Assembly: GCA_025774805.1 (NCBI GenBank)
Contig: JALGZR010000019.1
Location: 3,387-67,386 of the forward strand
DNA: 64,000 nucleotides
Direction of reading: 5' to 3'
Origin: a bacterium
GTDB taxonomy: Bacteria > ARS69
A program made the translations under genes and the position numbers. Shown here piece by piece: positions 44,343 through 53,331 of this stretch (the first letter of the stretch is position 1; each line of letters begins with the position of its first letter). Below the pieces are notes generated by a model. That model was given only the letters and a program-made list of their open reading frames with translations. It did not search any database and was not told the DNA's origin.

Positions 44343-44508
44343 CGAGGAACCCTCCCGCGGAGACCCGCGGCGTTCGGTCACGTACGTGAGATGCGCTCAC
44401 CGGCCGAGGGATTCGGCGCGAAACGCCTCGGATCCGGCATCCGTGATATCATGGGCGACGGTTGCGCGCTCCTCCCGATCCCCGCATTCGACCCGTGAGG
44501 CACCCTCC

Positions 44509-45522
44509 ATGGACGAGAGCTACCCTGTCTTCGTCGTCGGGGCCCCTCGCACGGGGACCACCCTCGTCCGGGAGATCCTCAACCGCCATCCCCGCATCTA
44601 TCTGTTCGACGAGGTCCACTTCTTCGAGCGGGTCTGGGACGATCGCCAGCACCTCGGCGATCTCAAAGCGCCTCTCTCGCAGACCCAGGCCATCCTCCGG
44701 CTCCGCGAAATCGTCCGGGATTTCGGCCCGGACTCGCAGGTGGCCCAGGTGCTCACGATCGAGGAGTACCGGCGCCGTCTCCTCGGGGAGGGGCGCCGCT
44801 ACGCGACCTTGCTCAGGATCCTGCTTCGAGCCGGGGCCGAGCTGAGAGGCGCCGAGATCTGGGGCGACTCGAGTCCCCAGGACGTTCTCTATCTGCCGAC
44901 GATCCTCGAGTGGTATCCGAACGCCCGGATCGTCGCCCTGGTTCGGGATCCCCGCGGATTCCTCAGCTCCTACAAGAACTATTATCGACGCAGGGAGCCC
45001 ACCTATCGGGAGCGCTACAATCCGCTCACGAACTCGATCCTCTGGAGAAGCTACATGCGGGCCGTTCTCGAAGCGGAGCGATCGCCGGCGAGCTCGTCCG
45101 TTCTCCGGTTGCGTTACGAGGACCTCACCGCCGATCCGGAGGCCGAGGTGCGGCGGCTCTGCGATCACGTCGGGGTCGAGTTCGACCCGGCCATGATCGA
45201 TGTCGACCGGTCGAACTCCTCGTTCGCCCTCGAGAGCGGGTGGCCCGCGGGGCGAGGGATCTACTCGTCGTCGACGGATCGGTGGCGGACCGAGCTCGGC
45301 CCGACGGAGATCTGGCTGGGCGAGCGCATCTTCGCCCCCGTGATGACGGAGCTCGGGTACCGGCCCGTCGCCCGATCCGAGGGACTCCGGCCGTCTCCGG
45401 TCGAGCTCCTCCGAATTCTGGCGATTCTCCCCGGGCGCCTCTACAACATGCTCTTCCGCTCCCACAAGCCCTTCCGGCTGTCCAAGGTCCGGCGCGTGCT
45501 CTCGCACTTCCGTTCCTCCTGA
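44509..45522 (+). CDS. Sulfotransferase-family protein
   Basis: PAPS-binding-loop-like VVGAPRTGTTLV, with RDPR and YEDL elements further on. Confidence 0.75.
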   Translation: MDESYPVFVVGAPRTGTTLVREILNRHPRIYLFDEVHFFERVWDDRQHLGDLKAPLSQTQAILRLREIVRDFGPDSQVAQVLTIEEYRRRLLGEGRRYATLLRILLRAGAELRGAEIWGDSSPQDVLYLPTILEWYPNARIVALVRDPRGFLSSYKNYYRRREPTYRERYNPLTNSILWRSYMRAVLEAERSPASSSVLRLRYEDLTADPEAEVRRLCDHVGVEFDPAMIDVDRSNSSFALESGWPAGRGIYSSSTDRWRTELGPTEIWLGERIFAPVMTELGYRPVARSEGLRPSPVELLRILAILPGRLYNMLFRSHKPFRLSKVRRVLSHFRSS

Positions 45523-45603
45523 GGCCGCCGAGCTCTCGCTTCAAGGACACACCCCCGCGTGCCGATGCAAGATTGACCCTGTTCCGGGTCGGGAGGGGCC
45601 GTT

Positions 45604-46353
45604 GTGCGTGTCTTGATCGCTGACGACAATCCCGTCTCTCGGCGCCTCCTGGTGTCCTCCCTCGAGAAATGGGGCTTCGATCCCGTGCCGGCGAACGACG
45701 GGCGGGAAGCGTGGGGAATCCTCGAGGGGGAAGACCCTCCCCGGATGGTCATCCTCGACTGGATGATGCCCGAGATCGAGGGCCCCGAGGTGGTCCGGCG
45801 CCTCCGCCGGCGCGAGGAGGGGAACGAGCCCGGGAAGACCTCGTACGTGATTCTCCTGACCTCGAAGGAGACGGCGGACGACATCGTCGAGGGCTTCTCC
45901 GCCGGCAGCGACGACTACGTCACGAAGCCGTTCAACCGGGAAGAGCTGAAGGTGCGCGTCTTCGTGGGGGCCCGAATGCTCGATCTGCGGCGGAGACTGG
46001 CCGACCGCGTCCGTGAGCTCGAGATCGCGCTCGAACGGGTGGAGACTCTCCAGGGGCTGCTTCCGATCTGCTCGTACTGCAAGAAGATCCGGGAAGATCG
46101 CGGCTACTGGACCGACGTCGAGTCCTACTTCGAGCGGTACTCCGCCGCCGAGTTCAGCCACGGCGTCTGTCCCGACTGCTACGAGACGCACCTCCGGCCC
46201 GGGCTCGAGGAGATGCGCAACCCCGGTAAGGCTCCGGAGATCACGGAGAGATCCGAGATCGTACGGCGCCGGGATCCCGACGGCGACGACTCGGATTCGG
46301 CGATCCTCCGCGCGGTCCGTCCCGGAGGAGATCCCCCGTCTCCGTCTTCCTAG
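45604..46353 (+). CDS. Response regulator: REC + coiled coil + C-terminal Cys4 motif (LPICSYCKKIRED...HGVCPDC)
   Basis: VLIADDNP..MVILDWMMPEIEG..YVTKP, then CxxC-N24-CxxC. Its stop TAG is the first triplet of a family-2 arm. Confidence 0.85.
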   Translation: MRVLIADDNPVSRRLLVSSLEKWGFDPVPANDGREAWGILEGEDPPRMVILDWMMPEIEGPEVVRRLRRREEGNEPGKTSYVILLTSKETADDIVEGFSAGSDDYVTKPFNREELKVRVFVGARMLDLRRRLADRVRELEIALERVETLQGLLPICSYCKKIREDRGYWTDVESYFERYSAAEFSHGVCPDCYETHLRPGLEEMRNPGKAPEITERSEIVRRRDPDGDDSDSAILRAVRPGGDPPSPSS

Positions 46354-46372
46354 CCTGCGTTTCTCACCAGGC
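46351..46372. repeat. Family-2 element, solo left arm
   Basis: TAGCCTGCGTTTCTCACCAGGC (1 mismatch to the canonical arm). No right arm nearby. Confidence 0.4.
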
Positions 46373-46612
46373 CCGGAAGAACCGGTGCGTCGTTCCCTCA
46401 CGGCCGATCCGGACGCGGATCGATCGCAGACACCGGGGGCAACGTCCCTCGTACGCGGTCTGGTCCCGGTTGCGGTAGAGACGCGCATAGGCGCCGCAGC
46501 AGTCGAAGCGCACTCCGAGGAAGGGGCGGGCCGCTCCGCCCCGGGCCGGCTCCCCACGGCCTCTCCCGTAGATCGCGGCCCGGGCGCGCCGACGCTTCTC
46601 CGATCGGGTCAC
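46364..46612 (-). CDS. Possible small Cys-rich protein (82 aa, zinc-ribbon-like CC...CPRC)
   Basis: ..[35 protein letters not shown].. The start (GTG 46612) is uncertain and the RBS is weak. The stop is formed by the family-2 arm. Confidence 0.3.
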   Translation of the reverse strand: MTRSEKRRRARAAIYGRGRGEPARGGAARPFLGVRFDCCGAYARLYRNRDQTAYEGRCPRCLRSIRVRIGREGTTHRFFRAW

Positions 46613-46626
46613 GGGGGGGGCTCGGC

Positions 46627-47199
46627 TCAGAACGGGGTGAGGGAGCGGGGCATCTCGGCGGCGAGCTCTCGGAAGATCCGGCCGAGCCCGACGCTCAGGG
46701 GATCGCCACCGGGGGTCGGCAGGACGCGGTTGACGCTCCAGATCACCGAGCCGCTTCTCAGGTCGACGAGGCGAGCCTGAAACCCGATCCGGCCCTTCTT
46801 GCCGAGGAGCCAGAACCCGGGCCTTCCCGGCTCCCACGAGTAGACCTCGGCGAGCAGCGCGCCGTCGATGCCGAGCTCTTCGATGAGCTTCCCGCCCGAG
46901 CCGTCGAAGAGGACGTTCTCGATCGTCAGCTCACGAAGCTCGAGCATTCGCTCGAACCGCTCGTAGTCGAGCACCTCGTACGACTTGAGGAGCTCGGTCG
47001 CGTAGAGCGCCGCAATCGATCGGCCCTCGTTCTCGGACGGCTTGATCTCCTCGGGAAGGGAGATCGGAAGGACGACGATCCTCGCCTCGCCGCCGGGCGA
47101 GTGCCGGTGACTGACGGCCAGGTGGCCGGAGTGGGAACAGCCCGTTCCCGCCAGCACCGCGAGGACCGGCCCCAGAGAGCGGATTCGGATTCCGAGCAC
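46627..47199 (-). CDS. Lipoprotein of unknown function
   Basis: RBS GGAGAGGAG + GTG 47199. Lipobox LAVLAGTGC. The upstream 196 codons of the ORF are low-complexity and were excluded. Confidence 0.6.
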   Translation of the reverse strand: MLGIRIRSLGPVLAVLAGTGCSHSGHLAVSHRHSPGGEARIVVLPISLPEEIKPSENEGRSIAALYATELLKSYEVLDYERFERMLELRELTIENVLFDGSGGKLIEELGIDGALLAEVYSWEPGRPGFWLLGKKGRIGFQARLVDLRSGSVIWSVNRVLPTPGGDPLSVGLGRIFRELAAEMPRSLTPF

Positions 47200-47465
47200 G
47201 GGACTCCTCTCCCGGATGATTGGGATTCCTTGGTCAGGATCGGCGGGATTCTGGGAGATCTTGAGCCCGGAACCGGAGGGAGCGGGCCGGGGGGAGGGCC
47301 GCAGGAGACCAGCGGGTGGCGGAGAACCGGGGGGCGGGCTCGCGAAGCTCCCGGAGCCGGGCGGCGAGTTCCTCGCGGTCTCCGCGGCCACGTCTTCGAG
47401 GCTCCCCGAGGGGTCTCGCTCCAGCTTGTCCCCGAGAAGCCGGTTCAAGCGCCTCGCGGAGTCGG

Positions 47466-48395
47466 TCATCCGCTCTCCCGATGGAAGTCGAAGAGGTGCT
47501 GGTTCGCCTCGATCTCGGCGTCGAGGTCCTCGGCGAGGATCTTGAGGTCCGGTCGGCTCAGCTCGAGGGCGTCGAGCGACTCCGGAACCAGCCGCACGAG
47601 ATTCACCCCGACCGACGTGATGTCTTTGACCGAGCAGATGAGATTCGCGATCGAGACGCAGTGGACCAGGGCCTCGTCCGGCCCCCGGTAGCGTGTCGGC
47701 TCGTGGTGGTGGCGGATCGCCGAGAGCACGGTCTCCGGCAGCTTCCACTTCGCCCCGACGTCCGCCCCGAGCTCCGTGTGATCCCATCCGACACTCTTCC
47801 GCTCCACCTCGCAGAGAGTCCGGGAGGTGTTCAGCTGGGTGATCACGTGGCGGAAGTCCTCGTGCCGGTTCTGATCGAAGAGGATGATTCCGATGTCATG
47901 GAGAAGTCCCGCCAGAAAGGCGTTCTCGAATCCGGGGAGACGCGAGCGCGCGGCGATCATCCGGGAGCAGATCCCGACGGACAGCATGTGCCGCCAGAGC
48001 TCGGTTCTCTGGTAGGTGTGGATCGGCTTCCCCGATCGAAAGAGCCCGCTCACCGTGGCGGTGATCGCGAGATCCCGAATCTGTTGGAATCCGAGATAGG
48101 CGACGGCCTGGCCGAGGTCTTCGACTCCGCGGCGAAGGCCGTAGGAGGCGGAGTTCACGCACCGGAGGACCCGCGAGCAGAGGGAGGGATCGGCCTCCAC
48201 CACCGCCTTGAGGTGCGCTGCGCTGGCCTCCGGATCCCCGGCGACCTCCATGACCCGCAGGGCCACCAGGGGAAGGGAAGAGATTCCGTCGATGGTCGAG
48301 ACGGTATCGGTCAGGGTGGGCCGGGAGTCTCCCGTGCCGGGCGCCGCCGGCGCCTCCCCCCCCGGGCGGACGGAATTGGAGCTGAACGGACCCAT
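47466..48395 (-). CDS. HDOD-domain signalling protein
   Basis: ..LPLVALRVMEVAGDP..AVAYLGFQQIRDLA..GLLHDIGIILF... Confidence 0.8.
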   Translation of the reverse strand: MGPFSSNSVRPGGEAPAAPGTGDSRPTLTDTVSTIDGISSLPLVALRVMEVAGDPEASAAHLKAVVEADPSLCSRVLRCVNSASYGLRRGVEDLGQAVAYLGFQQIRDLAITATVSGLFRSGKPIHTYQRTELWRHMLSVGICSRMIAARSRLPGFENAFLAGLLHDIGIILFDQNRHEDFRHVITQLNTSRTLCEVERKSVGWDHTELGADVGAKWKLPETVLSAIRHHHEPTRYRGPDEALVHCVSIANLICSVKDITSVGVNLVRLVPESLDALELSRPDLKILAEDLDAEIEANQHLFDFHRESG

Positions 48396-48545
48396 TGACC
48401 CTCCTCGGTCGAAGAGAGAGTCTCCGTCCGGAATATCGTCCGCGCGAGATGGGGTCTTGATGGCTCCCTGAACCGGCCCGTCGGGGGTGTCGGGCCTCGC
48501 GCCGTCTCGTCGCGCCGTCTCGACTCGGCCCCGATCGGGGCCGGG

Positions 48546-49022
48546 TCAGATGGCCCGAACGACCTCCTTGAGGGTCCCGAGCGGAATCGAAGCCTGGACC
48601 ACTTCGTCGGGGGTATCCACGTACACCCGCAGCTTTCCGTCCCGCTTCTCGATCGCGACCAGCTCGGTCCGGGTCCTCACGTCGATGAGCACTCCGTCCG
48701 GCGCGCGGGAGAGCTCCTCGAGCACCGCCCGGGCGATCTCCAGCCCCATGATCGCCTCTTCGTCGAGCTCTCCCCGGATCTCGTCCAGGACATGACCCGG
48801 CGCGAGTCGAAGAGCGAGCGGGACGACGACGGCGGGAACGTGCGCTCCCACGCAGCAGCCCTCGCCGGTCTTGTCCACGACCCGGACCTCGATCGTCCCG
48901 GAGTGATAGACGCTCGATCCGACGAGGACGAGCGGCGTGATCAGGAGCAGCGGGAGGCCGAACAGTATGACGAACAGGGTCCGCGGTTTCCTCCGCGGCT
49001 TCCTCTGCGGCTCTTTCCGCAT
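48546..49022 (-). CDS. Membrane-anchored protein of unknown function (related to 49036-49611)
   Basis: RBS GAGGAGG + ATG 49022. Basic N-terminus, then a TM helix. Shares the V.V.VP..V...L pattern with the upstream gene product. Confidence 0.55.
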   Translation of the reverse strand: MRKEPQRKPRRKPRTLFVILFGLPLLLITPLVLVGSSVYHSGTIEVRVVDKTGEGCCVGAHVPAVVVPLALRLAPGHVLDEIRGELDEEAIMGLEIARAVLEELSRAPDGVLIDVRTRTELVAIEKRDGKLRVYVDTPDEVVQASIPLGTLKEVVRAI

Positions 49023-49035
49023 GGGGGCCTCCTCC

Positions 49036-49611
49036 TCAGTCCGAGGTGTTTTCGCGGTCGATCCAGATCCGCACGGTGTTCTCGTCGTCGTTGACGGTGA
49101 CGAGATCCCCTTGGTTGCCGTGCTCGCCCAGCGCCTCCACCGCCGCGGCGAGATCGAGCTCGTTCTCCTCACCCGACGTCAGGGCGTCGATCACGGCGAG
49201 GGGAACCCGAACGTCCACCCGATTCTCGACCTCGTCCGTGCGCGGGTGTCGCTCCTCCACATGGATCAGGAGGTAGCCGCCCTCCTTGGCCACGCGGACA
49301 AAGTCGCGCCGATCCTGCACCGTCACGTACTCACCGTCCTCCGCCTCGCGGAGGGCGTCGAGGATCGCGACCAGATCCGCCCGGTCGAACTCCTCCCCGT
49401 CCAGAACGATCCGGCCGCGGTGGAAGTCGTCGTCTTCGATGAGGGGAAGGATCGCGGAGACCAGAGAGAGAGGGACGTTGATCCGTACCCGCTCGGAGTC
49501 CTCGTCCAGACCGTCGACGGACACGTGGAGCCACTGGTCGTTGTCCCGGGCGCCGGCGATGGTCGCGGACAGAACGAGACCGATGAGGCCGAATCCCAGC
49601 TTCTTCCACAT
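49036..49611 (-). CDS. Secreted acidic protein with an internal duplication, unknown function
   Basis: Signal peptide [21 protein letters not shown]. Two related halves ([15 protein letters not shown].. / [15 protein letters not shown]..). Confidence 0.6.
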   Translation of the reverse strand: MWKKLGFGLIGLVLSATIAGARDNDQWLHVSVDGLDEDSERVRINVPLSLVSAILPLIEDDDFHRGRIVLDGEEFDRADLVAILDALREAEDGEYVTVQDRRDFVRVAKEGGYLLIHVEERHPRTDEVENRVDVRVPLAVIDALTSGEENELDLAAAVEALGEHGNQGDLVTVNDDENTVRIWIDRENTSD

Positions 49612-49850
49612 GTCGGTCCTCCCGTTCCAAGGGTGGGGGTCGAACGATCACTGCCGATGGATGGGAATACGGGAGAGGCGGGGGAAGGGTTGCCCTCGGG
49701 CGGTGAGAGGGCCCCTTTTGCCTGGTCTCTCGGGTCCCCGCCCGACCCCCGGCGGGGAGGGGCTCTCCAACCGATTGAAACGAGGAAGGTTGTGTTCAAG
49801 GTCGCGCTCAAGACCGCCTCGAGCGAGGCCGATTCTAGGGCGAGGCAACT

Positions 49851-49918
49851 TGGCCTGCGTTTCTCAACTGGCGCGGCGATCCGCGGCCGCAGCAGAGCAC
49901 GGTGAGAACCGCAAGCCA
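49851..49918. repeat. Family-2 element, degenerate copy
   Basis: TGGCCTGCGTTTCTCAACTGG ... CACGGTGAGAACCGCAAGCCA. Confidence 0.4.
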
Positions 49919-49954
49919 GCCCTCGATCCCGAGAGACCCTCTCGAAGGGACGAG

Positions 49955-51789
49955 ATGAACGAACGGCATCCCCTCCTCGCCCGACAGCTCGAGGAGGTGG
50001 GCTGGACCGACCCGGGGGTCCGGCCGACCGCGGAGCAGCTCCGCGCTCTTCTGGAGCGCGTGGAGGGGACCTACGCCGAGGCGGACCGGTACCGGCGCAA
50101 GGCGAATCGCTCCCGCAACCGGTCCTCCCGCGTGATGGAGCAGGCGCGCAGCGACTTCGTCGCGAACATGGGCCACGAGATCCGGACACCCTTGAACGGC
50201 GTGATCGGGATGTCGGAGCTCCTGCTCGAGACGGAGCTGGTGTTGGAGCAGAGGGAGTACGCGAGCACGATTCGGGACTCCGCCCGTCACCTGCTCTCGA
50301 TCATCAACGATCTCCTGGACTACTCACGGATCGAGGCGAACCGGCTGCTCCTCGAGTCGATCCCGTTCGATCTCGGGCGCACCACCGAGGACGTCGTCAA
50401 GCTCATGTCCGCGGAGGCGGGGCGCAAGAAGATCGAGCTGATCCACCGTTTCGATTCGAAGACCCCGCGCCGGGTCATCGGCGACCCCAGTCGTATCCGA
50501 CAGGTCGTGTTGAACCTCGTGGGGAACGCGGTGAAGTTCACGCGCAAGGGGCACGTGATCGTGGATGTGCGAGTGGTCGAGGCGAACCCGACGGTGGCGA
50601 TGGTCCGGATCGAGGTCAAGGACACCGGGATCGGCATTCCCGCGGAGCGTCTCGATGCGATCTTCGAGCAGTTCATGCAGGCGGACGAGAGCAAGCCCCG
50701 GCACTTCGGAGGCACCGGTCTCGGCCTCGCGATCTCCCGTCGTCTCGCGGAGCTGATGGGCGGGTCTCTGGCGGCCCGGAGCGAGCCGGGACGGGGCTCG
50801 ACGTTCCGGTTCGATGTCCCGCTGCGCATTGAGACGAACGTTGCGCCGACGCTCTACGCGGGGGAGCTCGTCGGAGTGCGCGTCCTCGTCGTGGACTCGG
50901 CCAACGTGACGCGGTCGGCCCTCGTGGATCAACTCGCCTCGTGGGGATTGCGCTGTGACGGCGTCGAGTCCGAAGCCATCGCATCCCGTCAGCTCAACGC
51001 GGCCGTGGAGAAGGACGACCCCTATCAGGTCGTGATTCTCAGCTCGAACCTCGAGAACCTGGATGCGGAGGCCTTCGGAGCCCTGGTGAAGGGGCAGGCA
51101 AACCTCGCGGCCACGGAGCTCATCTACCTGGCGTCCGTCGGGGAGCAGGGTCAGTCGAAGCGGTTGCAGGAGATCGGATTCTCCGGCTACCTCGTGAAGC
51201 CCGTCCGGGAAACGGCGCTCAAGGACATGCTCTCGGTCGTGGTGGGAGGGCGCGCGACCGGAAAGAAGCGCGTTCTCGTCACGCAGCACACATTGAAGGA
51301 CTCGACGATTCTCCCCTGTCCTCCCGAGCTGCGTGCCGGGAAGGAGACCTCCGGTCCCCCGCCCGCCGATCCCGCCTCGGCTCACACCAAGCGCGTACTT
51401 CTCGTGGACGACAACCGATAAACCTCCGCGTCGGGCGATCCATGCTCGAGAAGCTCGGGTGCGAGGTGGACACCGCGGAGAACGGGGCCGAGGCGATCGA
51501 CCGGCACGCGAGCGGAGCCTACGCGATGGTCCTCATGGACCGCCGCATGCCCGTTCTCGACGGTTATCAGGCGGCGGCCCGCCTCCCCGAGCGCGAGCGA
51601 GCATCGGGGCGCCACACCCCGATCATCGCCATGACGGCCAACGACGAGACCCGAGATCGGGATCGCTGTCTGGCGGCGGGCATGGACGGCTTCCTGGCCA
51701 AGCCGATTCTGACCGACGACCTTCGCAGCACTGTGGAGAGGTGGCCGTCCGCGCCTCGCCGGGCCCCCTCGACCCCCCGTTCGTCCTGA
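49955..51789 (+). pseudogene. Hybrid histidine kinase (DHp-HATPase-pseudoreceiver-receiver) interrupted by a 1-nt frameshift at about 51415
   Basis: Frame A ends ..[10 protein letters not shown] (TAA 51419-51421). Frame B read from 51415 gives [41 protein letters not shown]. Joined, the two frames give a canonical receiver beginning VDDNPINL. Confidence 0.8.
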
Positions 51790-51932
51790 TCCCCCCGGAG
51801 GCACCCGCCTCCCGTTGGCGCTCTCGTCGAATGCACTTATAGTCTCGCTCGGTGGCATCGGAAGTGGACCGTCCGGCCCGCCCGCGGAAGACGGGATTCC
51901 GACCGGAGGGGAAGGCTCTTGGATAAACGCCC

Positions 51933-53150
51933 ATGAACGCTCGCATCCGGTGCGCGTTGGCCCCGTCCGTTCGCGTCGTCCTCCTGTCCGCGCCGCTTGC
52001 GGCGATCGCCGCCGGCTGCGCGTCGACGGGACCCGACGGCGCGTTTCGGCCTCTGGTCCGGGGGGCGTGTCTCGCGAGTCCCGGCGAGATGCCGGCCGTG
52101 CTGGGATCGGTCGTGGTGGTCGCCCCGGCCGGTGACGGACCGGCCGCGACCGGCCCGCCCGCTCCGGAGGGGAAGGAGCTCGGGGCGCGGCTCACCGCGA
52201 TGACCCGCGAGCTCCTGGAACACCGCGGATACCGCTTCGACCCCGAGCGCTCCTCCGTTCGCCTGACGGTTCGGGTGGAGACCGAGGACGCCGGGCCTCA
52301 CGCCGCGCGGAAGCTGCCCGAGGTCGGGCTGGAGAGCGGTCTGAATCGTGCCGACGCCGACACCTGGGCCCCTGTCGGGGTCGCCGTCGCCACCCGGGTC
52401 CACCGCCGGAAGGTCCTGCCGGATCGGGCTGGGGAAGGACCGGTGTCGGGGGACCTCACGACTCGCCGCGTGACTCTCGAAGTCCGTCTGCACGAGATCC
52501 AGGCCTGGAAGGGAGAGGCGCGCTGGACCGGGGGATCCGAGGGTCCGGAGGGCCAGCTCGCCTCCGCGATCCGTCTCCTCGTCTGGCATCTTCCCCGCGT
52601 GAAAGAGGGGGCAAGGGCCTTTCATCCCCTGGAGATCTCCGAGGTCGTCGGTTTCTACCGGGCGCGGTGCGCACAGGGACCGGTGATCTGCCCCGCTCTT
52701 CCGTTCGAGATCCGCTTTCCCGACCTCGAAACCGCGTACCATCAGGGATCCGGCTCCGGAGAGATCGACTGGAGCGAGACGGTCAACTCCCACTCGATCT
52801 CGCGTCCCGAGCTGCTTCCCGCGTACCTGCGTGTCCTCGAGACCGCGGATCGGGCGCTGCCCCGGGGGCGGCTGAGCCCTGAGGATCCGCTCGACGCGGA
52901 ACTCTGGCGCTCGGTCACCCTCTTCGAGCGGGTGCGGGACGCGGCCACGGGCGACGAGGTCCACGTCCGGATCGAGGCGGTCCTCAAGAGCGCAACGAAT
53001 GCCTACGAGGTCCGGAGCTGCGAGGTGGTCCCGCCGCTGGAGGTCCGTCACGTCGAAGCGGAGCTCGCAGAGTGGGACGCGGCCCTGCGCGGATGGGAAG
53101 AGGAAGAGCGGTCGGAGGAAGAAGAGGCCGGGGAGGCCGACGGAGAGTAG
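51933..53150 (+). CDS. Lipoprotein of unknown function
   Basis: Lipobox LAAIAAGCAS. Acidic C-terminal tail. No family recognised. Confidence 0.6.
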   Translation: MNARIRCALAPSVRVVLLSAPLAAIAAGCASTGPDGAFRPLVRGACLASPGEMPAVLGSVVVVAPAGDGPAATGPPAPEGKELGARLTAMTRELLEHRGYRFDPERSSVRLTVRVETEDAGPHAARKLPEVGLESGLNRADADTWAPVGVAVATRVHRRKVLPDRAGEGPVSGDLTTRRVTLEVRLHEIQAWKGEARWTGGSEGPEGQLASAIRLLVWHLPRVKEGARAFHPLEISEVVGFYRARCAQGPVICPALPFEIRFPDLETAYHQGSGSGEIDWSETVNSHSISRPELLPAYLRVLETADRALPRGRLSPEDPLDAELWRSVTLFERVRDAATGDEVHVRIEAVLKSATNAYEVRSCEVVPPLEVRHVEAELAEWDAALRGWEEEERSEEEEAGEADGE

Positions 53151-53171
53151 ACTGATTGCGGGTGCCCCCGT

Positions 53172-53250
53172 CCTTCGCCTCTCACCAGGCTCGTCGCGAG
53201 GCCGCGGCGAACCGCTGCCGCAGCAGGGCATGGTGAGAAGCGCAGGCCAA
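53172..53250. repeat. Family-2 element, degenerate copy
   Basis: ..CTCTCACCAGGCTCGTCGCGAGGC ... CATGGTGAGAAGCGCAGGCCA. The interior carries CCGCTGCCGCAGCAG, shared with the copy at 41055. Confidence 0.4.
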
Positions 53251-53331
53251 GGTCGCCCTCGTCCCTTCCCGTGATCTATCATCGCCCGACTCTCCACTTT
53301 CTGGCCGTCCCGCTTCCGACGGAGTTTTCCC

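Noticed and set aside
46627-47787. Full 386-aa version of the lipoprotein ORF
   Set aside because: The first 196 codons or so are Gly/Arg/Pro/Ser-rich low complexity. An internal GTG at 47199 with a strong RBS gives a normal lipoprotein signal peptide.
49286-49954. N-terminal 223 codons of the 711-aa hybrid-kinase ORF
   Set aside because: This part overlaps the minus-strand secreted-protein gene and a degenerate repeat. The recognisable protein starts at MNERHPLL (ATG 49955).
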